Shown here: one piece after another, positions 23,853 to 37,712 of the stretch
How positions within the stretch are numbered: position 1 is the stretch's first letter
How the letters are laid out: every line of letters begins with the position of its first letter
Assembly (NCBI GenBank): GCA_001938485.1
Contig: MQRK01238019.1
Span: forward strand, 10,262-68,945
Direction: 5' to 3'
From: Girardia tigrina
Lineage: Eukaryota
Length of the DNA: 58,684 nt
The notes under the pieces: model-generated
Told to the model about the DNA's origin: nothing
Database searches by the model: none
Seen by the model: the letters and a program-made list of their open reading frames with translations, nothing else
Program-made: the position numbers and the translations under genes

Positions 23853-25577
23853 GATCATACTTACTACGGCTAAACATTTTAAAAATGAATTTACCAAGGA
23901 TCAAAACGGTGGTACCAAAACGGTAAGTACCCTCAAGAACTGTGAAGAAAAATTTGTACGAAAGTTAGATTGGTTGCTTCCATTTATTAAAGTTGCTGTA
24001 GTGAAAGCAGTTGGTGGTAGAATTAACAAAGCGTGAGCAGTAAAATGGCTGTGGCACTGTAGCGCCGGTAGAGATTTCAGATTTCCCTTCTTAAATCATA
24101 CAAAATTTCTCAAAAGACTTTATGGCATCCTTAGTATTAAAGGCTTTTTGGACCACCTTGTATATTTTTTTCAAATGTCCGTTTTTAATCTTCTTTATAG
24201 TCGCTGTATATATACTACTTAGAATTTACAATCCCTTCACGTGAAATATTACCATAAAGGTGAAATAAAAACAAAATTACTTTGATTTTTTTCAAATATT
24301 TATTTTTCTAAAATCAAATCTTTAAATCTACGATTTTCAAATTGCTTTTCTCTTACAAAATAGATTACCCAAAGTGTTTTAATTATCAATAATCGTTAAA
24401 ATGTTAAAAATTGTTTTCAAATTAATGACGAAAAAATCCTTTTGTAACCACAAATTTGTTAAAACAAAAATTTAAGTATTTTTTTCCGCCCTTTAATATA
24501 GCATAATGGCTTTTTTTGAAAATAAAAACAAAATATTCATTGATTCATGTCATAAAATCATTGAAATAGTTTATTTATGATTTCAGTTAAATATTAATTT
24601 TTTAACAGAGATTTTCCATAAATTTATTGCAAATTTAATAATAAAAATTCAATTTATTATTTTTAATTTTTAAAAAATAAAAGGAAATAGATTATTATTT
24701 TGTGAATGTTAATAAATTAAAAAAAAGCTTTTAAAATATTATCATAATTTTTAATATAAATAAACAAACATTTTAAATGTTGATAAATAATATTTTTTAT
24801 TGTTTTAATCAGATTATTTAGGATTTTATTATGTATAGAAAAAAAATCATATAATGCTTGAATAACTTGTGAAAAATAATTATAAATTACTCTAATCTCA
24901 ATAATGTTTTCTTTATTTATATTAATATTTATTTATATTTATATTTATATCTATTTGATAAGCGGAAACTCTCTGTCACGATTACTTGATAACGGTTTCC
25001 GGAGTTTTGTATTTCTATCAATGAGAGACTTTTTTATATCTCCCGATAAAATAAGATTAATAAATAAAAATTTATTTACTTGAAAATTTTAGAAAATAAT
25101 AAATTGTTAATGAAGAAATAAAATTTCAATGTTTTTGTTTTCAAACAAAAAATATATATTTAATAGAATAAATTATTTTTAATTTTTAATAAGAGAATTG
25201 TTTCTTTCTTTTTTTTGTTCTTTTTGAGTGAGAGAGAAAAAGAGGACAAATGAGAACGTGGAAAAAGAAGCGGAGAGAGCGCCGAATTAAATTTCACTAA
25301 TTCCAACTAATTTTATTCCCACACGAAAAATTTAATTATACGTGACAAAAAAAAGCATTTCATGAATAAAATACGATGCAGTTTTTTTACTAAAAATTAA
25401 TTTTGCTTGTTCTTTTTGCATTGACTAAAAAATTGGTTTTAATTGTTGCTTTAGAAAAATTTCTGTGTTTAATTACTGACCTATTTGTAGGGACGTGTCG
25501 ATTGTAATGACAAAATAATTGTATTGTTTATTTTAAAATACAAATAATAATTATTATTATAAATCCAACATTGGTAT

Positions 25578-25623
<46 letters not shown>

Positions 25624-25673
25624 NNNNNNNNNNNNNNNNNNNNNNNNNNNNNNNNNNNNNNNNNNNNNNNNNN

Positions 25674-25721
<48 letters not shown>

Positions 25722-26919
25722 TAAAACTAAGCATTACTAAATTAAACTATAAATTAAAATTTTTATAAAAAATCATTTAATCCTATGTAAAATAATAATC
25801 ATTAACAAAAACCTACAAGCCAACACATAAACATATCAAACAACGATCAGAGTGAAAGAACTGTAATAAACTCGAGTGTTCAAATATCGCTTTTACAACG
25901 ATCTCAAGAGGCAGCCACCAGCGACTTGCAGCAGGAACCACAGATTGAAATGTACGATCCGACTCATTTTTGTAGGAAAATCTTTGGATACATTACAAGA
26001 TCATTGGACAGAGAAGAAATCAATGAATAAAAATTTTACATTAATTTTGATTAACAACATTCTTATTTTTTAGTTTTTATAATTTTAATGCAATTTTTTG
26101 AAATTTTTTATATAACCCTATAATTATAGGGTTCATTAACATTTTTTAAAACTTTTATAATTTAGTTGCAATTTAATTTATTTTTAAAAAGTTGCATAAA
26201 AAACAATTTTAATGATTACGAAATTAATGAAAAATCTTATATATATAAATATAATATTTTGAAAAATTACTTTGTTAAAGTTTTTTAAGAAATCATAATT
26301 TAATGTCTAAGATAATAAAATGTTAATTAATGAGATATTTTATCAGTGAATAATACACATTTTTGGATTTTATGGGATCTTTATGATGTAAATTATTGAT
26401 ATATTTTAATCAAATTTAGTAAGAATAGACACGGCCTTCCTTTGTCTATTTTGAATATAAGTTAATTGATGGTAGTATTAAGAACACCAATTGGACTTTT
26501 CATATTTTTATTAACACAACAATTTTGATTGTCCTTAAGACAATCTTTGTCAAAGCTTTCGTACGAGTGCATGTGAAACTAAATTGATTAATGAATTAAA
26601 TCTTATTATTTTTTTAGCAAATTGATAAATAAAATTATTTATTAAAATATTTACTCAAAACTTATTGGATAACAATTAAAAGGATTATTAATAATTTAAA
26701 AAATATTAATTTGATTTATTTATTAAATATTGTAAAAAATAATTAACTTATCTAAAATTTTACAATTATTTTAAATTAAAAAAATTAAACATTACATATT
26801 TTTAGATAATAAGAATTCAAATATTAATCATCCATCTGGGTAGGAGAGACATTTCCAAATCAACATACAACATTCAAACACAAAACATCAAACATTCAAA
26901 ATATTCTTCACATCCCCAT

Positions 26920-27670
26920 AGATTTAAATAGCTTTAGCTATTCCAACATTTCTAATAAAAAATCTTCCATCTTTAAGCTGTAACTAGTAACTTCTTTTAT
27001 GATTTCTTTTCACCACTGTTGCGAGACCCATGTAACGGTCATCTTCTTTTGAGATATTTTCCTTTTTAATCAATACTTTGTATCCGACTTCAAAAATTCT
27101 TCTTGTCTCTGTTTTTTGTTGATCTGCTTTCAAATTTTTGTTATCTTCGCAATTGTTTTCCCACCAATGCCTCAATTTTCTTCCAAATACTATCTCGGCC
27201 GGTGACATGCCTGTCGTAGCTTGTACTGTACTATTTAACATAAACTCGACTTCTGATAAGACTTCAGTCCAATCTTTATGATTTATATCCTTCAATATAA
27301 TATTCAAAGCATCTCTGATCGTGCGAAACTGTCTTTCCACGATTCCATTTGTGTTATGATGATATGGACTTAAATTTTTTCGCCATGTCCTTGAACACAG
27401 CTGATTCAAATGTTTTTCCTCTGTCTACGTGGATTTCTTTTGGTGGTCCGAATTTCCATATCCATCTGTCCAATAACAATTTTCTAACTGTTTTTTTCAT
27501 CTTGACTAGCTCTGCATTCAGGCTAATATATCTACTAAACAGGTCAATTATTGCAAATATATATATTGACATCAATTTATATTTCTTTTGAATTATCCAC
27601 AAAAATCAATGTATATTTTATGGAAAGGTTCATCTGCTAATTGCTTTATATACTTTTCTTTCGTTTTGGT
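26920..27670 (-). mobile_element. Ty3/Gypsy integrase fragment
   Basis: IIDLFSRY, FGPPKEIHVDRGKTFES, SPYHHNTNGIVERQFRTIRD, TGMSPAEIVFGR; frameshifted. Confidence 0.9.
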
Positions 27671-27699
27671 TGTTAGTGTCTTTCTTTTCTGACAATTTA

Positions 27700-27960
27700 T
27701 GCAAAGTTATCTTTAGACAAGAGTTAAATGTAAATCATTGTAAATTCTGTGTTCAAGGTTTCATTAGTTTCTGGAAGAGGAAGATTTATGAAGGATTGAT
27801 GATCAAATGTTTTGATTCTAAAATCAATGTGCAAATACCTACTTCTTTGACGTAGTAATTTAGTTATCAAACAATGATTATATGATTATTGGTTAGGTAT
27901 ATAAATGCTCCTATAAATCATTGTCAGTTTTCTCTGAAGAGAACGGTAATTCTGAGGAAC
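27700..27960 (+). mobile_element. Penelope-like GIY-YIG C-terminal fragment
   Basis: FWKRKIYEGLMIKCFDSKINVQ, homologous to the spacer peptide at 9440-9530. Confidence 0.6.
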
Positions 27961-28028
27961 TGTATAAAAATATGGTTTGAATTTCGGTATTGCTTATTTA
28001 CAAAGATATTTGTGTTCATTATTTAGAC

Positions 28029-28377
28029 AATGGGTGGGCAAATATTTATGGTAATGGGCCGAATTAACTTTCAAAAATTAACTTGCGCATCTGTACTATC
28101 ATATATAAAACTATCCTGGTTGGATCGTTTGCTTGACGTTAAACTGTAGTATAACTTATTTTTCCAAAATAAAAACATACCAAAATAGAATACGCCTTTG
28201 GTAATAAAATGACATACGTGAAACAGTTTCATAAAAACTCGATATTAAACTATGTGGTGCGTAAGCGAAAGTCGCTGATACGTACTAAACTCCTATGATT
28301 TTGTAATTTGTACCGAGCCAGATCCAACGTCATCATAAGCCATATCCGGCCCGTTGGCCGGGGTCAGCTCACCACTG
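28029..28377. mobile_element. hAT (Charlie/Buster-type) MITE
   Basis: 8-bp TSD ATTTAGAC (28021-28028, 28378-28385), GGTGGGCA / GCTCACCACTG termini, subterminal GGGCCG/CGGCCC. Confidence 0.75.
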
Positions 28378-29755
28378 ATTTAGACACTTCAAATTTAATA
28401 TTTTATGTTTTTTTATGAAAAAAAAACAAAAAATAATTTATAGAATAAGAATTTATTTTTTTTAATTTCATTTTTTCAAAGTTTCTCGGGTACAAAATCA
28501 GGAGGTGTTTCAGACTGGTTCATTTAAGGTTTCTTTCTTGATAAAAATTTATTTTTTTATAAATATTTATTCATTTTTAAGGAAGTAAATAATAAAATTG
28601 ATATCAAATAAAATTATTGAATAAGGTTCATCGACTCAGATAGAGATTTGGACAATTTGAATAATATTTGAACATTAAAATATTTATATGTCAATTTTCA
28701 TTATATTGAAATTATTCCTCAAGTAATTTTCCTCAAGTATTTATTTTTTATTCTCAACTTCTTTTAAAAATATTGTGATGGATTTATTCATATATTTACT
28801 TATAGAAAATGTAAAACTTAGTGAATATATTAATATAAGGAATTAAATTAATAAATTTTAATAATCATTCTAATCTTATATTTAACTGTACAGTGTTATT
28901 TTTGTGTCTTCTTCCTTGACTTATTTTTGTCGGCTGACTTTTAGAGGCTTCATTAGAATATAAAATGTATTTTACTAACTTTTAATATTATATTTTCTGG
29001 TATTTAATGACTATATTATGCATGCATACTGAAAAATATAACTATTAAAAATTTATTATAATTTAATTTTATTTCATAATAATAGAAAATTAAACTAATA
29101 AATCAAAAAATTAAATTTTTTATATCTGCGAGGAATATTTTTGAATAGTGCTTATTGTATGTTGTTAAGATTGTGTTAATCCCACCCAGATGGAATATTG
29201 ATATTTTAAATATTTTAAAACGTCGGATTATTTAATCAATTATTAAAATTTAAATAACTAATTTTAAAATTAAATTAATTTTCATAAATTATATTTTAAT
29301 AATAATTTTTTTTTAATTTAAAGTATAAATTATTTTTGTAATAATTAAATTGTAATTTAAATTTGTTCGAATAATAAGACGTTAAAGAATATTATTTAAA
29401 AATTATCAATCAAGAACGATGACATGCTACGCAAGTGTTACGGAGAATTGTTCTAGTAGTAATTCAAATTGTGATGCAAATAAATGTAATGAAAACTCAA
29501 TTAATGATCTTAATAATATCAATTCTTTATGAAGACAGAACTCTACTTTACCAAAAAAAGTTTTAATTAAAAACATAATTTTAAAAAAATACTATAAATA
29601 GTTAATATAAACTACTTATAATTTATAAATAGATATTTTTCAATTAATATTGTACTAGAACTCCGAATTTTCCGTTTTTTCCCATTTTGGGACCTTAAAA
29701 AGTTTTTTCCCATCAAATATTTACACAATCATTTATTGTCATCGAGAATGAGTAA

Positions 29756-29801
<46 letters not shown>

Positions 29802-30259
29802 ATCTGCTTATATAGGCAAGCAGTGATTATGTCATCAATGGATTATTATGTCATCTAAACACGCTTAATANNNNNNNNNNNNNNNNNNNNNNNNNNNNNN
29901 NNNNNNNNNNNNNNNNNNNNCTAAAGATTAATGTGCAAACGGGTCTCTCGAAAACCCTATTAAGCGTGTATATATATATATATATATATATAGAAAGTAA
30001 GCTAATAAAAAGAATGGAAAAAATCAAATAGAACGTTATCGATAACCTTTGTTTGTATGGTGAATCATTGCTGTTGAGACACCGTAACCATTTATTTAAT
30101 ATCAAAATTTGAAAAATGTAAAACAGTTTCAATATTAAATAAATAAAATAATATTTTTTTCATCCAATAAAAAATATTCAAATTAAATTTAAAATTTTCA
30201 TAAAATTGACTCTTTTATAAATACTATTTAGTAATAGTTTTCTGTTAATAAATAAATAA

Positions 30260-30302
30260 ATATTTGTTGATGATGATCAATATAGGTCGAAGCATTTTAA
30301 AA
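30260..30302 (+). ncRNA. Decayed PLE-type hammerhead motif
   Basis: TTGATGA-T-GATC-AATATA-GGTC-GAAG-CAT; same family as 2968 with two core substitutions. Confidence 0.4.
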
Positions 30303-31149
30303 TCTTCAAATATAACACTTTATATATTATTTCCAAAATATAAATAAATATCGCTTAAAGCCAAAATAATATAATCTTTCTAATCTTTACAAAGTTTAGT
30401 TCAAACAAAAACATTAAATAAATAAATAAAGAATAAATGAATTTTTATTTCCAAATTTCTAACTTCTGTCTTTCTTTTTCGTTTGAAAATTGACATTTTG
30501 TTGGAAAATAAAGAGGAATGTCAATCTCCTGGTTATGAATGGTAATTTCTTCAATATTATTTGTTTTATTTATATTATTTTAGAAAATTATATTTCTTTA
30601 AGTTAATAAAAGTTACATGTATGCAGATATCAAAATAATTGTAGTAATCAAATTCAATAAAAAATAATAAAAAAAAGAAATTAAAAACCAAGGACATTTA
30701 AGAAAACAAACTCATCAATATTGATATATTTTCGGTTTTATATTGTAAGTTTCACTTTATTAATTTTCAAGTTATAAGCTACCTAATGATTCCTCATGTG
30801 TTTTGATCCACTAATTTTCAATGTCTTTGAATAATTAAAGTTATGAGGAAGAATACCTTGATTACTTTGATTATTACGATAATATATAAAATTAGATATA
30901 AATTGTTAATTTTGTACATTTTTTGATAAAAAACTCTCTTCAAAAAATTAATATTAGGTTGTCAAGTATGAAATTTGTTGGCTTAATTACAATAAATTCA
31001 AATAGTTATTGTAATAAGTCTTTGGAACCTCTCCAACATTTTCGATATTAAAAGACGACAACAATTTACGTTTTTATTAATCCAAAAAATGTAGTAATAC
31101 TCTTTATTTAAACCAATTTAATCGAAATTAAATTCATTTATATTTTTTT

Positions 31150-31440
31150 TAATAAAAATAAATATTATTTCCGCTGGTGATATACCATTGTTTGCCTGAA
31201 TTGTGCAATTCAAAATAAATTCTATCTCTGACGAAATTTCCGTTCAATCTTTGCGAGATTCATCTTTTATCAATATATTCAAGGCATCTCTAATTGTTCT
31301 AAATTGTCTTCAACGATCACATTGATATTATGGCTGTAGGGATTGGATTATACTATCTTAGCTCTATTTTTTTTTCATTGTGTCTTTAAAAAGTGCTAAT
31401 TCGAAAGTTTTGTGGAAAATTGGTTGGAGCCAATTCGATT
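31150..31440 (-). mobile_element. Second decayed Gypsy integrase fragment, related to 26920-27670
   Basis: QFRTIRDAL and KTFEL..FKD motifs. Confidence 0.65.
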
Positions 31441-31848
31441 TTGAATGTCAATAAAAGTATTGGAAATAATATTAGTGTTCTGAATATGGCGACCATACCA
31501 GGTTAAATATATGAAATTTTACTTTTTAATTTACTTTTTTATTCTACTGATGTACAAAAGATTAAAATAGACACAACACAATAATAACACTCATATTATA
31601 CATTCTACTAAAATCATGTATACAAATTTCGGTTTAATCCCTCTCGTTCTGATATAATCACAAATATTATGTCAACAGAATCCTAAATGGTGTCCGTACT
31701 TTGTGTTTCCCTTTATACTCTGTTATTCTATACCTCTCCATCGCGATACTTGGTAATTACGCCCCATTATCGCTTTAGCCAAGCAGGGTGCTTTTTATTA
31801 CACGAAAAGAAAACGCTAATAACTATTTATGGATTTTTTTATAATATA

Positions 31849-33435
31849 AAAGGTGGGCCAAAAGTAACTACACAATTTATTCTGTTTAATTTTTTTCAGG
31901 TTTACTTTTGTTTAAAATTTTTAAAATTATTTTATTCCAAAAGCCTTGAATTTTTATCATGCCAAGATACACAACAGAGCAAAGAATATTTATGGTCGAA
32001 TATTAAATAAAATTCAATAATTCAATTATTTCTGTTCAGCGCGAATTTCAAAAGCGTTATAAAACTTAAAATGTTCCAGAGAGAAGAACAAAATATTTTA
32101 AATAAATTTTTGACTTCTGGATGTGTGATATATTTGCCAAGATTTGGGCGTCCTAAGATTGTGAGATCCGAAGAAAATATCCAAAGCGTAGAAGAAAATG
32201 TTCAATTCAAACCAAGATTATCAACAAGAAAACGTTCGAGTCATCTGAATATTTCGAGGACATCTCTTAGGCGAATTTTAAAAATTGATCTGAAAATGAA
32301 AGCCTATAAAATTCAGATCTGCCAAAAACTTCAACCGAATGATTTTCAAAAAACGAGTTCATTATTCTGTCAGAATTCTGCAAATGGTGGTCGAAATTAC
32401 AGATTTCATTGACAAAATGATAATGACTGATGAGGCTCACTTTTGGATGGACGGGTATATAAAGAAGCAAAATTGGAGGTTCTGGGGTTCAGAAAATCCC
32501 ATGGAGGTTATTGTACAAACTTCAAATCCTCAAAAATTCACAGTGTGGTGCAGTATTACTTCTGAAGCAATAATTGGGCCTTATTTTTTTCGAAGATACT
32601 GATGGTCACCAAATCAATGTGAATGGAATAAGATATCGTCAAATGATCAGAGAGATTGTTTAACAATTCATCGAAAATAAATCGGATATGTGGTTCCAAC
32701 AGGACGGGGCCACATGTCACACTGCAAATGAGACTATGAATTTGCTAAGAGATAATTTTGGTGATAGAATCATTTCAAGACGTGGTAACAATGAGTGGCC
32801 TCCAAGATCTCCAGATCTTAACGCACCTGATTTCTTCTTAATGGGTTATCTAAAAGACTGTGTATACAAAAGAAACCCAAGTTCAATATCAGATCTAAAG
32901 AAAATTATAACCGAGGAAATAAGATCGATTAAGCCATCAGTTTTATAAAGGGTAATGAAAACTGCTGTAAAGAACACAAATTCGGCTAATAAAAATATAT
33001 TTAAATTAAATATAGATTGGGTACAATAACCATTTAAATTTGGAAATCTCCCCCTTTTATATGAAGGCAATATTATATAATATGCCCCGGGGTCAGTTCA
33101 TGCAATTGAAATTGACCTTGTAATTGCACATTCCGGTGATGTCATGACATATGAAATCACCGGAATTTGAACTCTAGTAATGTCATGAGATTTGACATTA
33201 TTGGAGTTCAATATTACTGAATGTGGTGAGGAATGACATCACCACAACTGCCATAGAAAGATGTAGAATTTGTCAATCGGGAAATGGAAAACACCTAAAT
33301 AATGTAATCTTTAAAGGATAAATTAATAAAATATAACTTTTAAAATTTATTTTTGTTTTATTGTTTGTTAAATTTAATAAAAGGAAAAGAAACTATAGGT
33401 TAAATAAATTGTGTAGTTACTTTTGGCCCACCTTT
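31849..33435 (+). mobile_element. Full-length DD41D Tc1/mariner element, frameshifted, with solo-LTR insertion
   Basis: TIRs AAAGGTGGGCCAAAAGTAACTACACAATTTATT with TA flanks; MTDEAHF, WFQQDGA-x-WPPRSPDLNAPD with 41 residues between the 2nd and 3rd D. Confidence 0.92.
32966..33246. mobile_element. Solo LTR (281 bp) with 5-bp TSD
   Basis: ACTGC|TGT...ACA|ACTGC; transposase resumes (IERCRICQSGNGKHLNNVIF) after the insertion. Confidence 0.85.
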
Positions 33436-36400
33436 TATTTGTGACTGGGAAGTTTAATATAATAAAATTTAAATTTAAATTCCCGTTTTACAATTTAATA
33501 AAATAGTTTTATTTATTTAGAGTTTTTATAATAAATTGGTTAAAATTATAAATTAAAAAAAATATTTTTGGAAATTAAAAAATAATATTTTACGTTTCGG
33601 ATATTCATTATTATAAGGACAGAAATAAAACCAATTAGAATGATGAAAAACTTTGAAGGGTCTTCTGGAAGTTGTGATGTTAATAAATGTTTTTTATAAT
33701 AATTGTTTCAGTGCTTTTAACAATAAAATTATTTAATAATATTATGTCTATATAGACAACAATTCAAGTACTAAATAAAAGACTGATTAAAACAAAGGAT
33801 AATTAAAACAAATTATTGTTTCTTGGACAAACAAAATGTTCTGTCCGTCAAGCCATTACATTCCGTGACTGACAACTTGAATAAATAGTGAGAGAAACGT
33901 ATTATTTCGTTAAAATGAGTTGGAATAATAAAATTATATAATTATTTTATTATCGATATTGGGAAAATTCCAGTCAAATTTAATCTTGTTTTAATTTTCA
34001 ATGATTATTATTATAAGACCTCTCAAACTATTTTACGATAAAACTTGACTTACTGAATTAATTACAGCACGATCAACAAATACAACTATCTTATCCCACG
34101 ACCAATTTTAATAACCTCATTCATATTAATGATTCCATGATTGACATTATTTATATATTTATATATCTACTGTTTCTAATAAATATATTAGTAATATAAT
34201 AAAGGAAATATATTATCCATGTAAAATGGTCGTCACAATGTTCATGTGGAAGTTGCCGTCTTCACAAAAGCCGTGACTTCCTCAACTCTCTCATAAACGA
34301 TTACAAAATATTTTAACATATTTTAACATTTGTAATGTATTATTTCTCATTAACAATTAAAAGTATATCATTACAATGTATATTCTACACTAATGATTTT
34401 TATGATCTTTTGTTTAAATATGACTGACAAGAGATTAAAACAATTTGAGTGGTACATATACATTATCGCACTCCTAAGAGGTTACTTTAATTTTACTAAA
34501 AATTTCTGGCTTTAAAATGATATATAGAAAATAATAGGACAAAAATTATATGGCATTAACATTTCATATCTTTTCATCTGTTATTGTTGTACACTTACCA
34601 TATAATATATTATTTTATATTTTTATTACATTGTTGTTTAAAATGTGAAAAAAAATGTATTGTATTCTGAAAAAAACAATTTTATATAAATATAATAAAA
34701 TGATATTTACTTTTCGAAGGGTATTTTTATCAAAATAAATGTAAAAATAATATATTAAAAGAAATATTTCAGTATTGGTTGAATCTAATAATGTACAACA
34801 ATACCAATATTACACCAAAGTAATATGAGCTTGATAAAAAATATGCAAGTATAAAAAATTATATTATAAAGGTAAATAAAAAATAAAACCAAACAAACGG
34901 AGTTTAAAAAGATGAAATGATGATCCGACACCACAGAACCTACCGTAAGTGTGATTTAGGTGATCGTGTGAAATTAGATGCTGAGAACGTAAGTCAAAAT
35001 GTATTAATTACAGTATTTCCAGTGACTTGACTATTCGGTTGTCTTTATCATATTTTACAATACCTCTAGGGTACAGTACAAGATTAAAATTTTGCAGCTA
35101 CATATCACGATGCTGAAAATGTACACTTACTTCAAGGCTCGGGGTATCTCACTTTGTTCCAAAATTTTTATTGAATACAGAAGATTGAAATTTGGAAGTG
35201 ATTTGCTGAAAGTTTCACCGAAACGATTTATGCCTCTTCCAGTTCTGAACATTCGAAATTCTCAAGGTCTAAAAACACAATCTTCTGATCAAGGTAAGCA
35301 CAATTTTCAAAATTTCTATCTCAGTCAAATGCTTATAGATGAAATTATTCTTCCAGAAAAATTGAATAACTTCTCACAGCTTCCTTGGTTTCAAAATTCT
35401 CTTAAAATCTGTACGTGGCAATTTTGTTGTTTATTTTCTGCTGTCGTTGTATGACAAAATGCATCAGCTTTTACGCAAAGCACAATCAGTTTTGCAAAAC
35501 AAAATTAAACCTACCAGAATGTTGAGTGATTAAAGGAAGAAGATGTGGACACAACTAACTTGGAGGTGCAAATACTTCAATAGAAGAAAACTCACATCTT
35601 CCTATGATTTTACAGCACCAGAAATGCTATTGGGAGGAAAACAGATTTTTGATCTGACATACCAGATGTATGATAATGACAAAACTATATGATCGTACTG
35701 AAATGTTATGATATCACTTAATTGTCTTTGTGATATTAATAAAGTATTTTTACAACGTTTATACTGTTGGTTTGATGATATGGTCATCCACTGAGTATGG
35801 TACATACGGTACACAGTTTATACACTAAATGCCACATTTGATTTAAGTTCTTCCTTTTAAAACTCATCTTTTAACCTTTATTTATTTTCTCTTTTATTTC
35901 ATGATTGCTCAACTAATATCCCATTTTCCTTATTCAGCAATATATTCACTCTTTTATCTGATAATCCAACTTTGTTAAAAGTTAAAAATTTTGAAAGGGG
36001 GCATAGATGTTGTGACATGTTTATTATATGGAACTAAACATTTGTGACACTTTGCAAAAGGGGGTAGCGAAATAATTGAAAAAAACGTGATATCTTTATG
36101 GTTAGCCCCATAGGGTTGATAATTAGTTCTATGTATGATTATTTTTATAATTTAAAGTATTACGAGGGTGACACTGTTTATGAATATATTTATTACATGA
36201 AGATATTGGCGTTCTTTGATGACGATCTTACTTATACATCTTTAATGTCTGGATTGTCATATGGGGGACAGGTGGATCAAAAGCAAACCTGTAATCAAAG
36301 ATTAACCAAATTGGTCAAATATAGTCACATATATTTATGAATAAAAGTTACAGGGCTCTCCAGCAGTAATTAATAATAAAGCAACAAAATAAAGCACACA

Positions 36401-37423
36401 AAAAATAAAACACTCACATTAACTTCATGGCAAATGTCACTTAGGTTTAAACATAATGCGATATTTATGCGATAAACAAAGGAAAAATGAACATTTATAA
36501 TGAACTGTAATCCTAAAATTGGCCCTAAAGCGTTTTATATAGAGCTCTTTTCAGTACATCAACGCAGCATAAACAGCATAAAGAAAAGAAAAAAAACCTA
36601 AACCAACAGAGATATAATTTATTGACACTGTCAAAAATAAACCTTGCAAGAATTGCAACTAAAACATTATATTTCGGAATAAAGATTAAAGATTGGTCTT
36701 ACGCTTTTAAATGAGCTTTTGCAAAATTGTTACACAGCGAAATATTTCTAGTACATCAAACTAATCTGCAACCACTACAATGCCAATAAGGAAGAAGAGC
36801 AGTCGGATGAAAACTAATCATCTCTGAATTTCTGTGATTAGATATACATTAACTTTTTGAGGGATAAGCTGATCTTCGATGACTTCGGGATTCATTTTAT
36901 TCACAGAGACCCCACTGTAGATTATGATACGTATGTGAACCCCATAATAAGATTAGGCGGGGTCCATCAAACAAGAACAAATGTATCGAAACTAGTCAAA
37001 AAGAAAGAGAAGCTGAGCCAGATTAACTCAATAGGCATGTCACGAAAGACCACGAAGTGGTGGCCACTCCCGCTTTGATTGAAACGACAATGAGGATCAA
37101 TACCAAAGAATAAACCTTCAGTAAAAAGACTTATAAAACAAAGACGTGTCAAACGAGACATCTCAATAAGGATCACGAATTGTATGGAGCCAAAATTGTC
37201 AGAATCTTAGCGATTTAATCAGAGCAACAAAATCGATGAAGCAAAATACCTAATATATTTAAGAATCTCAAAGTGTTTTAAAAACTGAACCTCAGAATAT
37301 CTCGAGAATGTTCGTTTGAGAATATAATTGTATTACGAAACAAAAATAGTAATATTAAGCCTTTAATTTTCCAAATTTTGGTGATAAGCTGATCTTCGAT
37401 GACTTCGAGATTCATTTTATTCA

Positions 37424-37712
37424 ATGTTTTCTGCTGTTGTTTTGAACATTTTTTGATGTAAAAGATACAAAACATGATTTTACAATATGAAAAAACCGAC
37501 GTTTGAGAACATAATTACTGATTTTTTCTGCTGTTGTTTTGAACATTTTTTGATGTAAAATATCCAATCATCTGTAATTACAATAATATTAATCTAATCT
37601 CAGTTTCATAGTTTTTCTTCAGATTCCTTTCTGCTGTTATTTTGAACATTTTTTGATGTAAAATATACAAAACATGATTATACAATATGAAAAAACCAAC
37701 GTTTGAGAACTT
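37424..37712 (+). repeat. Local imperfect tandem duplications
   Basis: TTTCTGCTGTT(G/A)TTTTGAACATTTTTTGATGTAAAA x3 and AAAACATGAT..CAATATGAAAAAACC..GTTTGAGAAC x2. Confidence 0.8.

Noticed and set aside
31486-31802. TGGCGACC primer-binding-site-like word and LTR-like stretch
   Set aside because: No paired LTR, TSD or correct adjacency
32428-32445. CTGATGA hammerhead-like box (also at ~50392)
   Set aside because: These are transposase codons (TDE; antisense of YSSDL) with no stem II/GAAA arrangement
34920-35800. Coding-like region including a 120-aa ORF and a TLRISNVQ Ig-like word on the minus strand
   Set aside because: Stops follow immediately and no domain recognised; probably a decayed TE I cannot assign
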